A DNA stretch of 64,000 nucleotides from an uncultured Nitrososphaerota archaeon (GCA_964518475.1 CAZFGR010000001.1:64001-128000); one strand, 5' to 3'; shown: positions 42,605-52,220, numbered from the stretch's first letter. Notes: generated from the letters alone by a model not told the origin. Made by a program: numbers and translations.

Positions 42605-44749
42605 ATGGGAAAACTTATGACAAAGGGAGAATTGAACAAGATGATAGAAGAAATTGCAAAAAGATTTGGGATAATTGGTAGAAGACAGGAACTTGAGGAA
42701 ATTCTCTTAGCTAAGGAGATCGGAAGACCTGTACTAATTGAGGGACCCGTAGGAGTCGGAAAAACGACACTAGCTAAAGCAGTAGCCTCTTATTTTCAAC
42801 AAAAATTTATCCGCGTAGATGGGGATGAACGCTTTGATGAATACAAATTAGTTGGTTACTTTGAGCCTCAACTGGTTCTTAAAAAGGGATGGAACTGGGA
42901 TTCATTTGTCCCCGGACCTCTAACAAAAGCTATGCTTGAAGGAGGAGTACTTTTTATCAATGAAATAAATAGGTTAAATGAGAGTGCACAAAACGTTCTA
43001 ATACCAGCTCTAGATGAAGGCATAATTGAGATACCTAAGCTTGGAGAGATTCAAGCACAAGATGGCTTCTGGGTAGTAGCAACATTGAATCCAGAAGAAT
43101 ATGTGGGAGTAACTCCCATTGGAGAGGCTCTGAGGGATCGATTTATATGGATAAAGCTAGATTATCAAAGCGAAGAAGAGGAAGTTGAGATTGCTTGCCT
43201 TAGAGCTAAGGTTCCGAAGAACATTGCTCAATTAGCTGTTACCGTAACACGAGCTACTCGGCGACACCCCGATATTCGAAGAGGAGCTTCTGTACGGGGA
43301 GCAATAGATTTAGCAAAGCTAATTTATATAGCGACTCCAAATAATTTGACATTGGATAAACTTAAGAGATTAGCAATCATAGCTTTAGGAACAAAAATAG
43401 AGATTACAGAGGGATCTGAGCGAACAGTTGAAGAAATAATCAGCGAGATTGTCGAGGAAATTTACCAAAAAAACAACTTTTTTCGTGAAAAACAAGTAAT
43501 AAAGAGGAATGAGCTAAATATTAAAAAAGCCTCTAACACGATTTCTTCTGCTACTTCTATTGACCAGCCATCTTTTCGAGATGACCTAGAGAATACAAAT
43601 TCTCATAATTATCAGCCTAACATTGACAATGACTCTTTTGAAGAATCCAGAACCGAATCCTCTACAAACACAACTGTTTTCCTTAGTTACGCAACTCCCT
43701 CAGGATCTTTTCTTCTTCTACGCGGAACGTTAGGACATTATGGTACCCAGCTAATCAGGGCTATCAAAGAGGGTCTCGATATAAGAAATATCATCTCTAG
43801 AATAGACTATCCTCTACCAACTGACCTTTTGGAAATGCTTACGAAAGAAGCTATAAAGTATAGAAATTTTTTGGCTTTAGCATCATTAGCTCAAATAAAT
43901 CCATACATTGTAGCTAAGGTACTTGAAGAAAGTCTCTCAAAAATCGACCAGACAGATGATATAAACTTGGTTCATACTTATTATCTTACGAAGGATTTAC
44001 TAAGCGAGAAAAAAAGGCGAATTTTTGCCAGATTGGCAAAGCATATTATTATTCGTAAAGCTCTCAGAATTGCTGGTAAGCGTCCAATAAGGAGCGGCTC
44101 TATAAGGAAGAAGACTTTTTACAGGCCCAGTTTAGATTTTGATTTAGAGACAACATTTGATATAGCTCTCGACAAAATTCTCTTCGAAAATATTACACGT
44201 TGGGATTTAATAGGAATCGAAAGGCGCGAAAAAAGAACCTCTGGTGTAATAGTTCTCGATATTAGCGGTAGCATGTATGGGGAAAAAAACGTATTAGCTT
44301 GCCTTATCTCCGCACTAACCATATCTTCCCTATCTACTGATGATGAAGTAGCGTTAATAGCATTTAGTGATCAGCCCTACGTGATAAAATCCGTGAGGGA
44401 TAAAGGAGATCTATCCAAAATTCTTGACACAATTTTTGATCTTAAACCGCTGGGATTTACTAATATTTCTGCAGCTTTGAGAGAGGCTGCAAAAGAGCTT
44501 AAAAAAGCTCGTCTAAAAACACGTAAGTGGGTAATTCTCATTACTGATGGCGAATATAACAGAGGTGGTCATCCGTTAAAATGGGCCTCTCTTCTACCCC
44601 GTTTACATGTAATTCAACTTGGAGGCGGAACTCGGGGAACGATCGTTTGCAAAGAACTTAGCAAAGGGCGAGGGAAATACATTAGGGTAAATGATATTAA
44701 TTCATTGCTTGAACGCGTTAGATATCTGTTAAAGCACCCCGACAAGTGA
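42605..44749 (+). CDS. MoxR-type AAA ATPase fused to a VWA domain
   Basis: GPVGVGKT, NEINR and ALRDRF; S/T/N-rich linker; MIDAS DISGSM...TNI...ITDG. Confidence 0.9.
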   Translation: MGKLMTKGELNKMIEEIAKRFGIIGRRQELEEILLAKEIGRPVLIEGPVGVGKTTLAKAVASYFQQKFIRVDGDERFDEYKLVGYFEPQLVLKKGWNWDSFVPGPLTKAMLEGGVLFINEINRLNESAQNVLIPALDEGIIEIPKLGEIQAQDGFWVVATLNPEEYVGVTPIGEALRDRFIWIKLDYQSEEEEVEIACLRAKVPKNIAQLAVTVTRATRRHPDIRRGASVRGAIDLAKLIYIATPNNLTLDKLKRLAIIALGTKIEITEGSERTVEEIISEIVEEIYQKNNFFREKQVIKRNELNIKKASNTISSATSIDQPSFRDDLENTNSHNYQPNIDNDSFEESRTESSTNTTVFLSYATPSGSFLLLRGTLGHYGTQLIRAIKEGLDIRNIISRIDYPLPTDLLEMLTKEAIKYRNFLALASLAQINPYIVAKVLEESLSKIDQTDDINLVHTYYLTKDLLSEKKRRIFARLAKHIIIRKALRIAGKRPIRSGSIRKKTFYRPSLDFDLETTFDIALDKILFENITRWDLIGIERREKRTSGVIVLDISGSMYGEKNVLACLISALTISSLSTDDEVALIAFSDQPYVIKSVRDKGDLSKILDTIFDLKPLGFTNISAALREAAKELKKARLKTRKWVILITDGEYNRGGHPLKWASLLPRLHVIQLGGGTRGTIVCKELSKGRGKYIRVNDINSLLERVRYLLKHPDK

Positions 44750-44817
44750 AGTAATTATTCATCCAGCCTTCTTCTCGATAAGTTTTTGAAAATCCTTGAC
44801 GCTGTATATGAGGGTAT

Positions 44818-45228
44818 CTAGAAATATTTCTTCAGAAACTCATTCCATTCTTTGACCCTAACAAATGGTGGATTCGTAACACCTTCTTCAAAAGCCTTAG
44901 TGAATTTCTTCTTTAATTCCTCGATTTTTCTTCTTAATCTATTTATAGCTCTGCGAACGGCATCCAGAGGATCTCCTTGCTTTGTTCTGACGATAAACTC
45001 TATTCTATCAAACAATGGGTGCTCTATTTTGTATGCCGCAAAATCCACATCTTCGTCCGCTAGTAATTCCACTCTTAACGCATTAAAAAGTGTGTGAGTC
45101 TCACCATATACTTTGAAGCGGAGTACTGTGGGCCCATACTCTAATATTTCTATACGCATTTTTTGGGATCGAGGCTTCCACCATGGAGTAGAGCCGTAGT
45201 ACTTTATAAGATCCGTCAAGGTGCCCAC
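44818..45228 (-). CDS. rpoL: RNA polymerase subunit Rpo11 (L)
   Basis: GETHTLFNALR...VDFAAYKIEHPL. Confidence 0.93.
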   Translation of the reverse strand: MGTLTDLIKYYGSTPWWKPRSQKMRIEILEYGPTVLRFKVYGETHTLFNALRVELLADEDVDFAAYKIEHPLFDRIEFIVRTKQGDPLDAVRRAINRLRRKIEELKKKFTKAFEEGVTNPPFVRVKEWNEFLKKYF

Positions 45229-45332
45229 CTTCTATGTTACCTAACGTACGATATTGAAATATCCTAAGTCTCATGATATATATCTCTTATCATCCATACA
45301 TAATATAGATACTCTCTATTAGGGTGATTTAA

Positions 45333-45983
45333 CTGGGGTTAGCTGAAATACGGAAAAGATTAGAGACCACGGGCCTAAAAGAAAAGAAGAAATACAAAAA
45401 AATGATCTCTGATTTTGAAAATGTGATAAAGAAGCTAGAGGAAGTTATAAAAGCCATAGAAGATTTCGAGAAAAAATGGGGAAAAACTGTTGAATTTAAG
45501 GAATTTGATCTCCACCAAATAGTGGTTCCTCTGAAAAAGCGACCAAGTCTTCTTGATAGAATAACTGGCAAATATTATTCGGATCTCGCTCTTGAAATTC
45601 TGAGTGTTGCCGATAACGATAAACTATCGCTCATAAGTGTAGGAGATTTAATTATGAGGGTGAAGAAATCGATTCCGTATGCCAATACAGATGACGTCCT
45701 GAAAGCGCTTGATATATTAAAGAGGAAGGGATTAGTTACCGACTTATTCCGGGAAGGTGGTGTATTGTATGTGGAATTTCCCACAATTTATGAGGATATA
45801 AGAAGACTTATCCAATTATTCAAGCAAGAGAGAAAAGAGTATATTACCTTGGAAGAAGCTGCCGAGAAACTTGATTGGAGTTTAGTGAAGGCATATAGAG
45901 TATTAGAGAGAATGGTAGAGCTTGGAATATTAGTTCGAGAGAATTTTCCTAGGAGATATTGGTTGATAAAGAAGACAAGATAA
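45333..45983 (+). CDS. ESCRT-II Vps22/Vps36 (EAP30-domain) like protein
   Basis: YYSDLALEIL...LISVGDL...DDVLKALDIL tandem winged helices; probable CTG start at 45333 behind a GGTGA SD (ORF track starts at 45402). Confidence 0.72.
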   Translation: MGLAEIRKRLETTGLKEKKKYKKMISDFENVIKKLEEVIKAIEDFEKKWGKTVEFKEFDLHQIVVPLKKRPSLLDRITGKYYSDLALEILSVADNDKLSLISVGDLIMRVKKSIPYANTDDVLKALDILKRKGLVTDLFREGGVLYVEFPTIYEDIRRLIQLFKQERKEYITLEEAAEKLDWSLVKAYRVLERMVELGILVRENFPRRYWLIKKTR

Positions 45984-46062
45984 GTATTATTTTCACTAGA
46001 GAATGCTTATTTGGATGATTGAAAAAGTAGGGAATGAACAACATTAGATACTTCGTTCTGAA

Positions 46063-46162
46063 TGGCGGGCCCGGCGGGATTTGAACCCGCGACCTACGGC
46101 TCTCCGCGTGGGATAACTCGACTCCGCAGGCCGTCGCTCTATCCAGGCTGAGCTACGGGCCC
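46063..46162 (-). tRNA. tRNA-Arg(GCG) with 22-nt intron at 37/38 (46102-46123), CCA encoded
   Basis: GGGCCCG/CGGGCCC acceptor stem, ACGGC-CTGCGG[intron]A-GCCGT, GGTTCAAATCCC; the intron 3' end GCGG pairs with CTGC to form the BHB. Confidence 0.95.
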
Positions 46163-46263
46163 AATATCTGTATATCTGTTATGATGTTTCGAATATTTCT
46201 TACATCTGAGTAGATTATTTTAAACTTAACCGATGCTTTTTCCGAAGTAAGTTTTATTTTTAA

Positions 46264-46315
46264 TCAGAGAGGGACCATTTCTTCATCTGTTTTCCGTGGT
46301 ACTTCCGCTCATCAT
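46264..46315 (-). ncRNA. C/D-box guide sRNA
   Basis: Minus strand: C ATGATGA, guide GCGGAAGTACCA, D' CGGA, C' ATGAAGA, guide AATGGTCCCTCT, D CTGA. Confidence 0.9.
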
Positions 46316-46464
46316 CTAGAATTTATTTTTATTTCCACAATATCTAGTGAAACTGTATATTAAACATATGGTTATTGCTCGTGGTATTCATTGTCAAAGA
46401 GATGCATTAATTTGCGAGAGAGACATTATTGTGCAAGTACCACAGCCTATAACTGGTATGTTAG

Positions 46465-49029
46465 GTGGATTCCTTGGATATCAGGTGCCCTAAATGTGGT
46501 AGTCACTTAAAAATCTTGGAAATCATGAGAGAAAACTTGGAGAACGTGAAAGTTACTCTTATTTGCGAGAGTTGCAAGACGTATTATGAAATAAAAGTGA
46601 AAATTAGTGATTCTCAGAATGTATTACCTTTAATGAAGATTGAGGAAGAGGAGCTTGAGGATATCTTAAATAAGAGAATTTCGCTAAATGACCTTCCTCG
46701 AGATACGCCCTTGCCATTGAAACATATAGTTGGTATGAAAACTCGTTCTTTTGTCCCGATTTATCTAAATAAGTTATTTAGTACGCCCCCCTTAAAAGGT
46801 CATGAAATAACTCCTAACTACCTTTCGGAATTAGGAATTGAAGAACCATATGCTAGCAAGTTAGTCCAATTATGGAAAAGAAGAGGAATAGAGAGACTGT
46901 ATAAATTCCAAGAGAAAGCTTTTAAAGAAATCCTCTCCGGCAAAAACACTGTTATAATAGCTCCAACAGGCATGGGAAAAACAGAGGCTTTTGCTATTCC
47001 AGCGTTTATGCGTGTAGTTAGTCTCAAGAAAGAATCATTATCTAGCGGCCCATTTCTTCTAATAATCTACCCCACCAAGGCGCTTGCAAGAGATCAACTG
47101 GTCAAATTATTTGAGTATGCTGCGATTTTCAATTTACGTGTTGCAGTGCTTGATGGTGATACACCTCTTAATGAAAGAAAGAAAATACTTGCAAATCCAC
47201 CAGATGTTCTATTAACAAATTTTGATATGATACATTATCACTTAGCAAGGAGAACACCTTACGGCTATCTATTTCGAAGAAGCAGGATTGTTATTATAGA
47301 TGAGTTGCATGAATATTATGGAGCCTTTGGCACTCATGTTCATTATATCTTAAAACGTCTGAGAAGACTTGTGGAAAAAGAATATGGGAAAATTCAAATT
47401 ATAATGTCCTCAGCTACGATCGAGAATCCAAAAGAATTCTGCTCTTTACTTATAGGGGACGACATAACTATTGTTTCAGAGAAAGGCAGGAGAACTCCTT
47501 TATTTGTTCTATTTATCTATTCCTTGGATCAAGTCTATCGTGTAGCAGCTGAGATACTTTCAGAAATCATTCGATTAAGGATAAAATCGCTGGTCTTTTT
47601 CAATACTCGGAGAAGTGCCGAATTAGCTCTTTACACACTTAATAAAATGTCTAGACAAAAAACTATCATTCGGGGTAAGTACGACTTGCATAGAGCTGGA
47701 TTATCAAGAAGTATTCGTATTCGAATTGAAAATGAATTCAGAGAGGGAAAGAAATTAGCTTTAATAGCAACTCCTACGTTAGAATTGGGAATAGATATTG
47801 GTGATCTAGATCTAGTACTATCAGAGATAACCCCTGTAAACAACTTTATACAAAGATCTGGAAGATCGGGGAGACGAGGAAATCCAGGGGCTGCTGCTTT
47901 GCTTCTGAGAAATGACGATCCAATAAGCGAGTATTATGCTAGGTGCCCCCAAGATTATTTTGAGGATATCTCTCTTAGATATATTGAACCTAAAAACCCG
48001 TATATAGCTGGGAAGCATATTTACTTAGCAGCGTACGAAGAACCCCTAACAAAAGAAGAAATTGAAAAATATTCTATTCCTCAAGACATTTTGCAACAAC
48101 TCTTGAAAGATGGAGCATTGATAGAAATCAACAATACATACTTTGCTAATGGCGCTGTATTTAACAAATACTTCACGAGAAACATACGGGGATCCGATAA
48201 AATTGTTCGCGTGATTCATAAGGAGAAGACGATTGATGAAAGAGAAGCCTTAATAGCTATTCGTGAGCTTCATCCAGGAGCTATTTACGTATGCAGGGGG
48301 AGAAAATACATAGTTAAATCACTAGACTTGGAAACTCTTAGAGCTGAAGTAGAAGAGGCTGGTCCAGAGTATGAAGATCTATACACTCGTCCCTTATATA
48401 TGTACAGTGCAATACCTCTAGGAGATTTCAAAACCAGAGAAACGCTAGGAACAATAATTTATCATGGAAGATTAAAAGTAACAGCTATCGTTGATGGTTA
48501 CTTAGTGTTTCGCGAGGGGCAGAGAACACCCATTGCCGAATATCCATTAGAAACTCCCATTAGATATGAGTATGAAACATATGGCCTTGTCTTTCGGGCC
48601 CCCAGACTTCCCTATACTGATAGGGAATTACTTGATGGAAGTTATCATGCTCTCGAACATATCTTGATAGAGGGAACTAACGTCGTCACCGGGGGAGGTT
48701 CGGAGGATTTAGGTGGGATCTCATTCGGATCTACTGGAGTTATAGTTATTTACGAAGCAACATTAGGTGGCAATGGTATATCTAGACTTTTATTTGATAG
48801 ATTCGAAAAAGCTGTAGAAAAAGCCTACAAAATCCTTAAACACTGCCGATGCCCCCCAAACATCATATGCAATAAGTGCGTTTACTCCTATAGGTGTGGT
48901 AACAACAACCGCCCCCTCTACCAACCTGGCGCGCTTCTTGCATTAGAGAAAATGCTACGCAAAGAAAAAGTTGAGGATGCCGACAAAGCGTTAGAGATTC
49001 TGCTCGCAATAGAAAAAGGTATTGTATAA
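46465..49029 (+). CDS. DEAD/DEAH helicase with DUF1998 (Hrq1/MrfA/SftH-like)
   Basis: APTGMGKT, DELH, SAT, LELGIDIG, QRSGRSGR and C-terminal Cys cluster; extra N-terminal Zn ribbon. Confidence 0.92.
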   Translation: MDSLDIRCPKCGSHLKILEIMRENLENVKVTLICESCKTYYEIKVKISDSQNVLPLMKIEEEELEDILNKRISLNDLPRDTPLPLKHIVGMKTRSFVPIYLNKLFSTPPLKGHEITPNYLSELGIEEPYASKLVQLWKRRGIERLYKFQEKAFKEILSGKNTVIIAPTGMGKTEAFAIPAFMRVVSLKKESLSSGPFLLIIYPTKALARDQLVKLFEYAAIFNLRVAVLDGDTPLNERKKILANPPDVLLTNFDMIHYHLARRTPYGYLFRRSRIVIIDELHEYYGAFGTHVHYILKRLRRLVEKEYGKIQIIMSSATIENPKEFCSLLIGDDITIVSEKGRRTPLFVLFIYSLDQVYRVAAEILSEIIRLRIKSLVFFNTRRSAELALYTLNKMSRQKTIIRGKYDLHRAGLSRSIRIRIENEFREGKKLALIATPTLELGIDIGDLDLVLSEITPVNNFIQRSGRSGRRGNPGAAALLLRNDDPISEYYARCPQDYFEDISLRYIEPKNPYIAGKHIYLAAYEEPLTKEEIEKYSIPQDILQQLLKDGALIEINNTYFANGAVFNKYFTRNIRGSDKIVRVIHKEKTIDEREALIAIRELHPGAIYVCRGRKYIVKSLDLETLRAEVEEAGPEYEDLYTRPLYMYSAIPLGDFKTRETLGTIIYHGRLKVTAIVDGYLVFREGQRTPIAEYPLETPIRYEYETYGLVFRAPRLPYTDRELLDGSYHALEHILIEGTNVVTGGGSEDLGGISFGSTGVIVIYEATLGGNGISRLLFDRFEKAVEKAYKILKHCRCPPNIICNKCVYSYRCGNNNRPLYQPGALLALEKMLRKEKVEDADKALEILLAIEKGIV

Positions 49030-49070
49030 AGACGATCAATAATTTTAAAAAACAAGCATGTCTGAAACTT

Positions 49071-49472
49071 ATGGGTTCAAGTCTAGAAATAATTCCAGAA
49101 GGTGAGATTGTGAGCAGAGTGAGACCTAAAGTAATCAAGGATACTGCAAAGAGAATTGTAGTTAATTATTGGGATGTTGTTAGAGATATTTGGGAAAAAT
49201 CCGAGGAACTATCTGCTGATCCGAAATTAGCTGCTAACTATAGATTCCAGATGTATAAAAAGCTTGTAGAATTGACTACGGATATAAAAAGCAAAAGCGT
49301 GAGAAATCGCGTAGCGGGTTATATCATTACTCTCGTTAAACAAATACTATACCTAGGGCGATTCACAATAGAAGAGCTGGCTACGAAGTATAAGCTAAAA
49401 GAAGCAAAATTCGCCCAAATGGAGAGTATAGGAGAAGAGCTCGAGGAAGAGGAAAGCGGCAAAGAGGAATAA
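49071..49472 (+). CDS. rps17e: 30S ribosomal protein S17e
   Basis: SRVRPKVIKDTAK...SKSVRNRVAGYI; likely start GTG 49110. Confidence 0.88.
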   Translation: MGSSLEIIPEGEIVSRVRPKVIKDTAKRIVVNYWDVVRDIWEKSEELSADPKLAANYRFQMYKKLVELTTDIKSKSVRNRVAGYIITLVKQILYLGRFTIEELATKYKLKEAKFAQMESIGEELEEEESGKEE

Positions 49473-49613
49473 TCTTATTTTTAAAACCAATCTGCCATGA
49501 ATTGACCGTCCCAAAGAGCTACTAAAAAACGTTAACGTATCAGCTAATGTCGCGAAACTATGATATAGGTTTTTGAAAGCTGTATATGACCAATATTTCA
49601 CGAGGAAAAAATC

Positions 49614-49766
49614 TTAGCTGACTTTTTCTAATAATTCCCTTACTCTCTTTAGCTCTAATAACACCATATAGAGGATTGTAAGGTTTGCGACTAGCAACAC
49701 TACCACTAGGAGAAAAAATACCAAAAAACCTTGAAGAATTCCTAATTGAGCAAGATTCGTCTGCAT
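49614..49766 (-). CDS. Small single-TM protein (50 aa, not in the ORF track)
   Basis: MQTNLAQLGILQGFLVFFLLVVVLLVANLTILYMVLLELKRVRELLEKVS*; GGGGGT SD; 2 nt after the ArsR stop. Confidence 0.7.
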   Translation of the reverse strand: MQTNLAQLGILQGFLVFFLLVVVLLVANLTILYMVLLELKRVRELLEKVS

Positions 49767-49768
49767 TT

Positions 49769-50089
49769 TTACCCCCTACTTTCTAGCTTGACATCTAATT
49801 CAGGAAGAAGTATTTTCAGCATATATTTTTTTGCTCTCACAAATCTCTTTACGTAAGGTGGTTCATCGGAGTGTTTAATATACATCTCTACAAGTCCGAC
49901 TTTATTCAGTTTACTCAGATGCATATATAGGAGAGGTCTAGAAATATTCAATTCCCTTGCTAATTCGGATATGTACTTATCACCCATTGATAGAATTTTC
50001 AAAATCCGTACACGAATTGGATGAGATAAAGCTTCAAAAAATTTTGATAATTCGTCCTCGCTCTCGTACATTCTACTCCTCTTTTCCAC
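49769..50089 (-). CDS. ArsR-family transcriptional regulator
   Basis: FEALSHPIRVRIL...YISELARELNISRPLLYMHLSKL..GLV. Confidence 0.92.
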   Translation of the reverse strand: MEKRSRMYESEDELSKFFEALSHPIRVRILKILSMGDKYISELARELNISRPLLYMHLSKLNKVGLVEMYIKHSDEPPYVKRFVRAKKYMLKILLPELDVKLESRG

Positions 50090-50630
50090 CAGGTTTTTCC
50101 GTTCTTATAGGAGACAGATGATTTATATCAACTTCGACTAAGAGCGCACCGCCTCCCATTAAGTCGACCCATGCCTTCTTTTTACCAACAGATACGACTC
50201 TAGCTTTCTGACCTTTGAAGGGACCATCGATTATTTCGACAATCATTCCTTGCTCTATTTTCACCTCCTCTTTCTCAGCAACTGCTCTCTCATATTTCAC
50301 TTCGAATCCTTCGAGATATTGTTCAATATCTTCAAAACTTAGTTCATCTGGGAGAGCTGCTGCATAGCGGAAATTTTTAACCGCTCGTACCACAGAATCA
50401 TAGTTATCCGCTTCCACAATAACTACTCCAGTACCGCTTCCTATTGTGAAAGCCGAATATATTGGGAGCTTTAGAAGTTCCGTTCGCCACTTTATTAAAA
50501 ATATAAGTTGTAATTCTCTACCCGCTGGAACTTTTACAGCAAAAAATTTTCGATCGCTTTTTTCCTCAACTTTAATTTCTCTTTCCCTATACTCAGTATA
50601 GCTGTCTTCCATTATAAACACCCAGTTCAA
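50073..50630 (-). CDS. spt5: Transcription elongation factor Spt5 (NusG)
   Basis: NGN domain (FAVKVPAGRE...VIVEA) and KOW (VEIIDGPFKGQKARV); downstream of secE. Confidence 0.9.
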   Translation of the reverse strand: MNWVFIMEDSYTEYREREIKVEEKSDRKFFAVKVPAGRELQLIFLIKWRTELLKLPIYSAFTIGSGTGVVIVEADNYDSVVRAVKNFRYAAALPDELSFEDIEQYLEGFEVKYERAVAEKEEVKIEQGMIVEIIDGPFKGQKARVVSVGKKKAWVDLMGGGALLVEVDINHLSPIRTEKPGGKEE

Positions 50631-50653
50631 CTTGAGAAAATGAGATAAAAATT

Positions 50654-50833
50654 CTACATTCCTAATAGGGCGTTAAAGATGAGCCGTATTACGACATCAA
50701 TTATACCTATTGACAATATCGTAACGAAAATTATCTTAGATATCTGGTAGATTTCTTTGCGTGATGGTTTAGTAGCATACCTTAATAATCTCCGAGAGTT
50801 AACGAGATATTCTTCTATTTTACGTCCACTCAT
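50654..50833 (-). CDS. secE: Protein translocase SecE / Sec61 gamma (not in the ORF track)
   Basis: MSGRKIEEYLVNSRRLLRYATKPSRKEIYQISKIIFVTILSIGII...; 59 aa; conserved secE-spt5 synteny. Confidence 0.92.
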   Translation of the reverse strand: MSGRKIEEYLVNSRRLLRYATKPSRKEIYQISKIIFVTILSIGIIDVVIRLIFNALLGM

Positions 50834-51088
50834 GAGACGTCACCAATAATTTCATCATGTAATTGTAACAAAAAAGCTTTTGGGGAATTTCTATCAATGA
50901 TAACCGTATTTATGTCTTTGTTTTTCAGTCTACTCTTTGCTTCAGTCAAAAACATATTAACATACTATGAAAAGTTAGTCTTTTTAGTTAATTTTGCTGA
51001 GTAATTAATGATTATTGTGTTGTAAGGGAGGTTAAGAAGGAAGAATTGAGGAAATTCAAGAATATTGATATTTTAATTCTAGGTATGT

Positions 51089-51553
51089 TTAGGATAGAGC
51101 TGGAAAAACTCTTAATTCCACTTCGCCTTTCTCAGAATCTAGTATTTTATACAAAACTCTCACTCTGACTCTTCTCGGAGGATTCTTTGCCCCTCTTGAC
51201 CATATAAGTTCGTTTAGCTCGGGTGAGATCCAAACAAACGGTTTCTTGATTCGAATTTTTTCGCCACTCTTAGGATCCTCTATATTCTTTACGTACTTAG
51301 TGACTAACTCCCGTAATACCTTAACAGCTTTCTTTGCCCGTTTCCACTTAGGTGCTGATAATATCCGTGGATAAAGACGTATAGTTAATAATCGCTCCCC
51401 GTCCCCCTCTGTTTTTTCCTCAATGATTTTTAGAGACTTTCCCGGCCCCCTCTTTTTGATTCTACGTTCTTCTTCGACTTTTTCCTCAGTTTCCTCTTCT
51501 ACCGCTTCCTCAATACTCACTTCTTGTTTTTCTTCGTTGTTTTCTTCACTCAA
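51089..51553 (-). CDS. rpl31e: 50S ribosomal protein L31e with acidic N-terminal extension
   Basis: PKWKRAKKAV...LNELIWSRGAKNPPRRVRVRV. Confidence 0.93.
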   Translation of the reverse strand: MSEENNEEKQEVSIEEAVEEETEEKVEEERRIKKRGPGKSLKIIEEKTEGDGERLLTIRLYPRILSAPKWKRAKKAVKVLRELVTKYVKNIEDPKSGEKIRIKKPFVWISPELNELIWSRGAKNPPRRVRVRVLYKILDSEKGEVELRVFPALS

Positions 51554-51567
51554 CGCTAAATTCCCTC

Positions 51568-51723
51568 CTATACTTTTAACTTATTCCTTCTCCAATGTCT
51601 TCTTTTTGGCGAGGTCATGACCCTTCTATTAGTTTTGATCCTGACAAAGACTGGAGGCAGCCTATTTTGTTTATTAGCTTTCGCTAATCTTAACTTTTTA
51701 GCAAGAGGCTTATACCTTGCCAT
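51568..51723 (-). CDS. rpl39e: 50S ribosomal protein L39e (not in the ORF track)
   Basis: [51 protein letters not shown], 51 aa. Confidence 0.96.
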   Translation of the reverse strand: MARYKPLAKKLRLAKANKQNRLPPVFVRIKTNRRVMTSPKRRHWRRNKLKV

Positions 51724-52101
51724 TTATAACCCTCCCTTGCGTTTAAAAGTAATAGCCCCCTCTCTCCTTCTACTTGTTAATTTTTTTAAAAATTCTTTCA
51801 GTTGATCATCCGTAATAGGTTCGGTTATCCTACCACTTCTTGCTAATAAGATTAACTGATCCTCTATTATTCGGGCAAATTCGGGTCGAGCCAGTTTAAT
51901 CCTTGCCAATCTCTCTCTAGCTTCATCAGTGAGAATAGATCTTAGGATAGTCTCCCTGGCCATCTCTTCTTGAGCAGCCCTTTCACGTTCCTCTTCCTGC
52001 CTCCTCAAAAGTTTTTCCAATTCTGCCCTTCTCTTAGCTAGTAATGCGTTGAGTTCCTCCTCCTCGTCTACGAACTCATTCCCATAACTCAAGCCTAACA
52101 C
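51724..52101 (-). CDS. PDCD5/TFAR19-like DNA-binding protein
   Basis: ILRSILTDEARERLARIKLARPEFA..IEDQLI.LA..G...ITDDQLK. Confidence 0.93.
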   Translation of the reverse strand: MLGLSYGNEFVDEEEELNALLAKRRAELEKLLRRQEEERERAAQEEMARETILRSILTDEARERLARIKLARPEFARIIEDQLILLARSGRITEPITDDQLKEFLKKLTSRRREGAITFKRKGGL

Positions 52102-52220
52102 CTCAAACTAAATTAATTGAAAGTAAAAACTAATATGAATAGTTGGTGCTACTCATATACCGTTATGTGATCAACTCATTGATAGCAAAAAATCTGGGCT
52201 TAGTAAGTAAGAATAGTAGC

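Noticed and set aside
46012-46061. GATGATT...CTGA as a C/D sRNA
   Set aside because: The C box is poor, there are no internal boxes, and the putative guides are AT-rich.
49170-49245. In-frame BHB intron explaining the eS17 insertion
   Set aside because: No hairpin or BHB geometry is visible; it reads as ordinary coding sequence.
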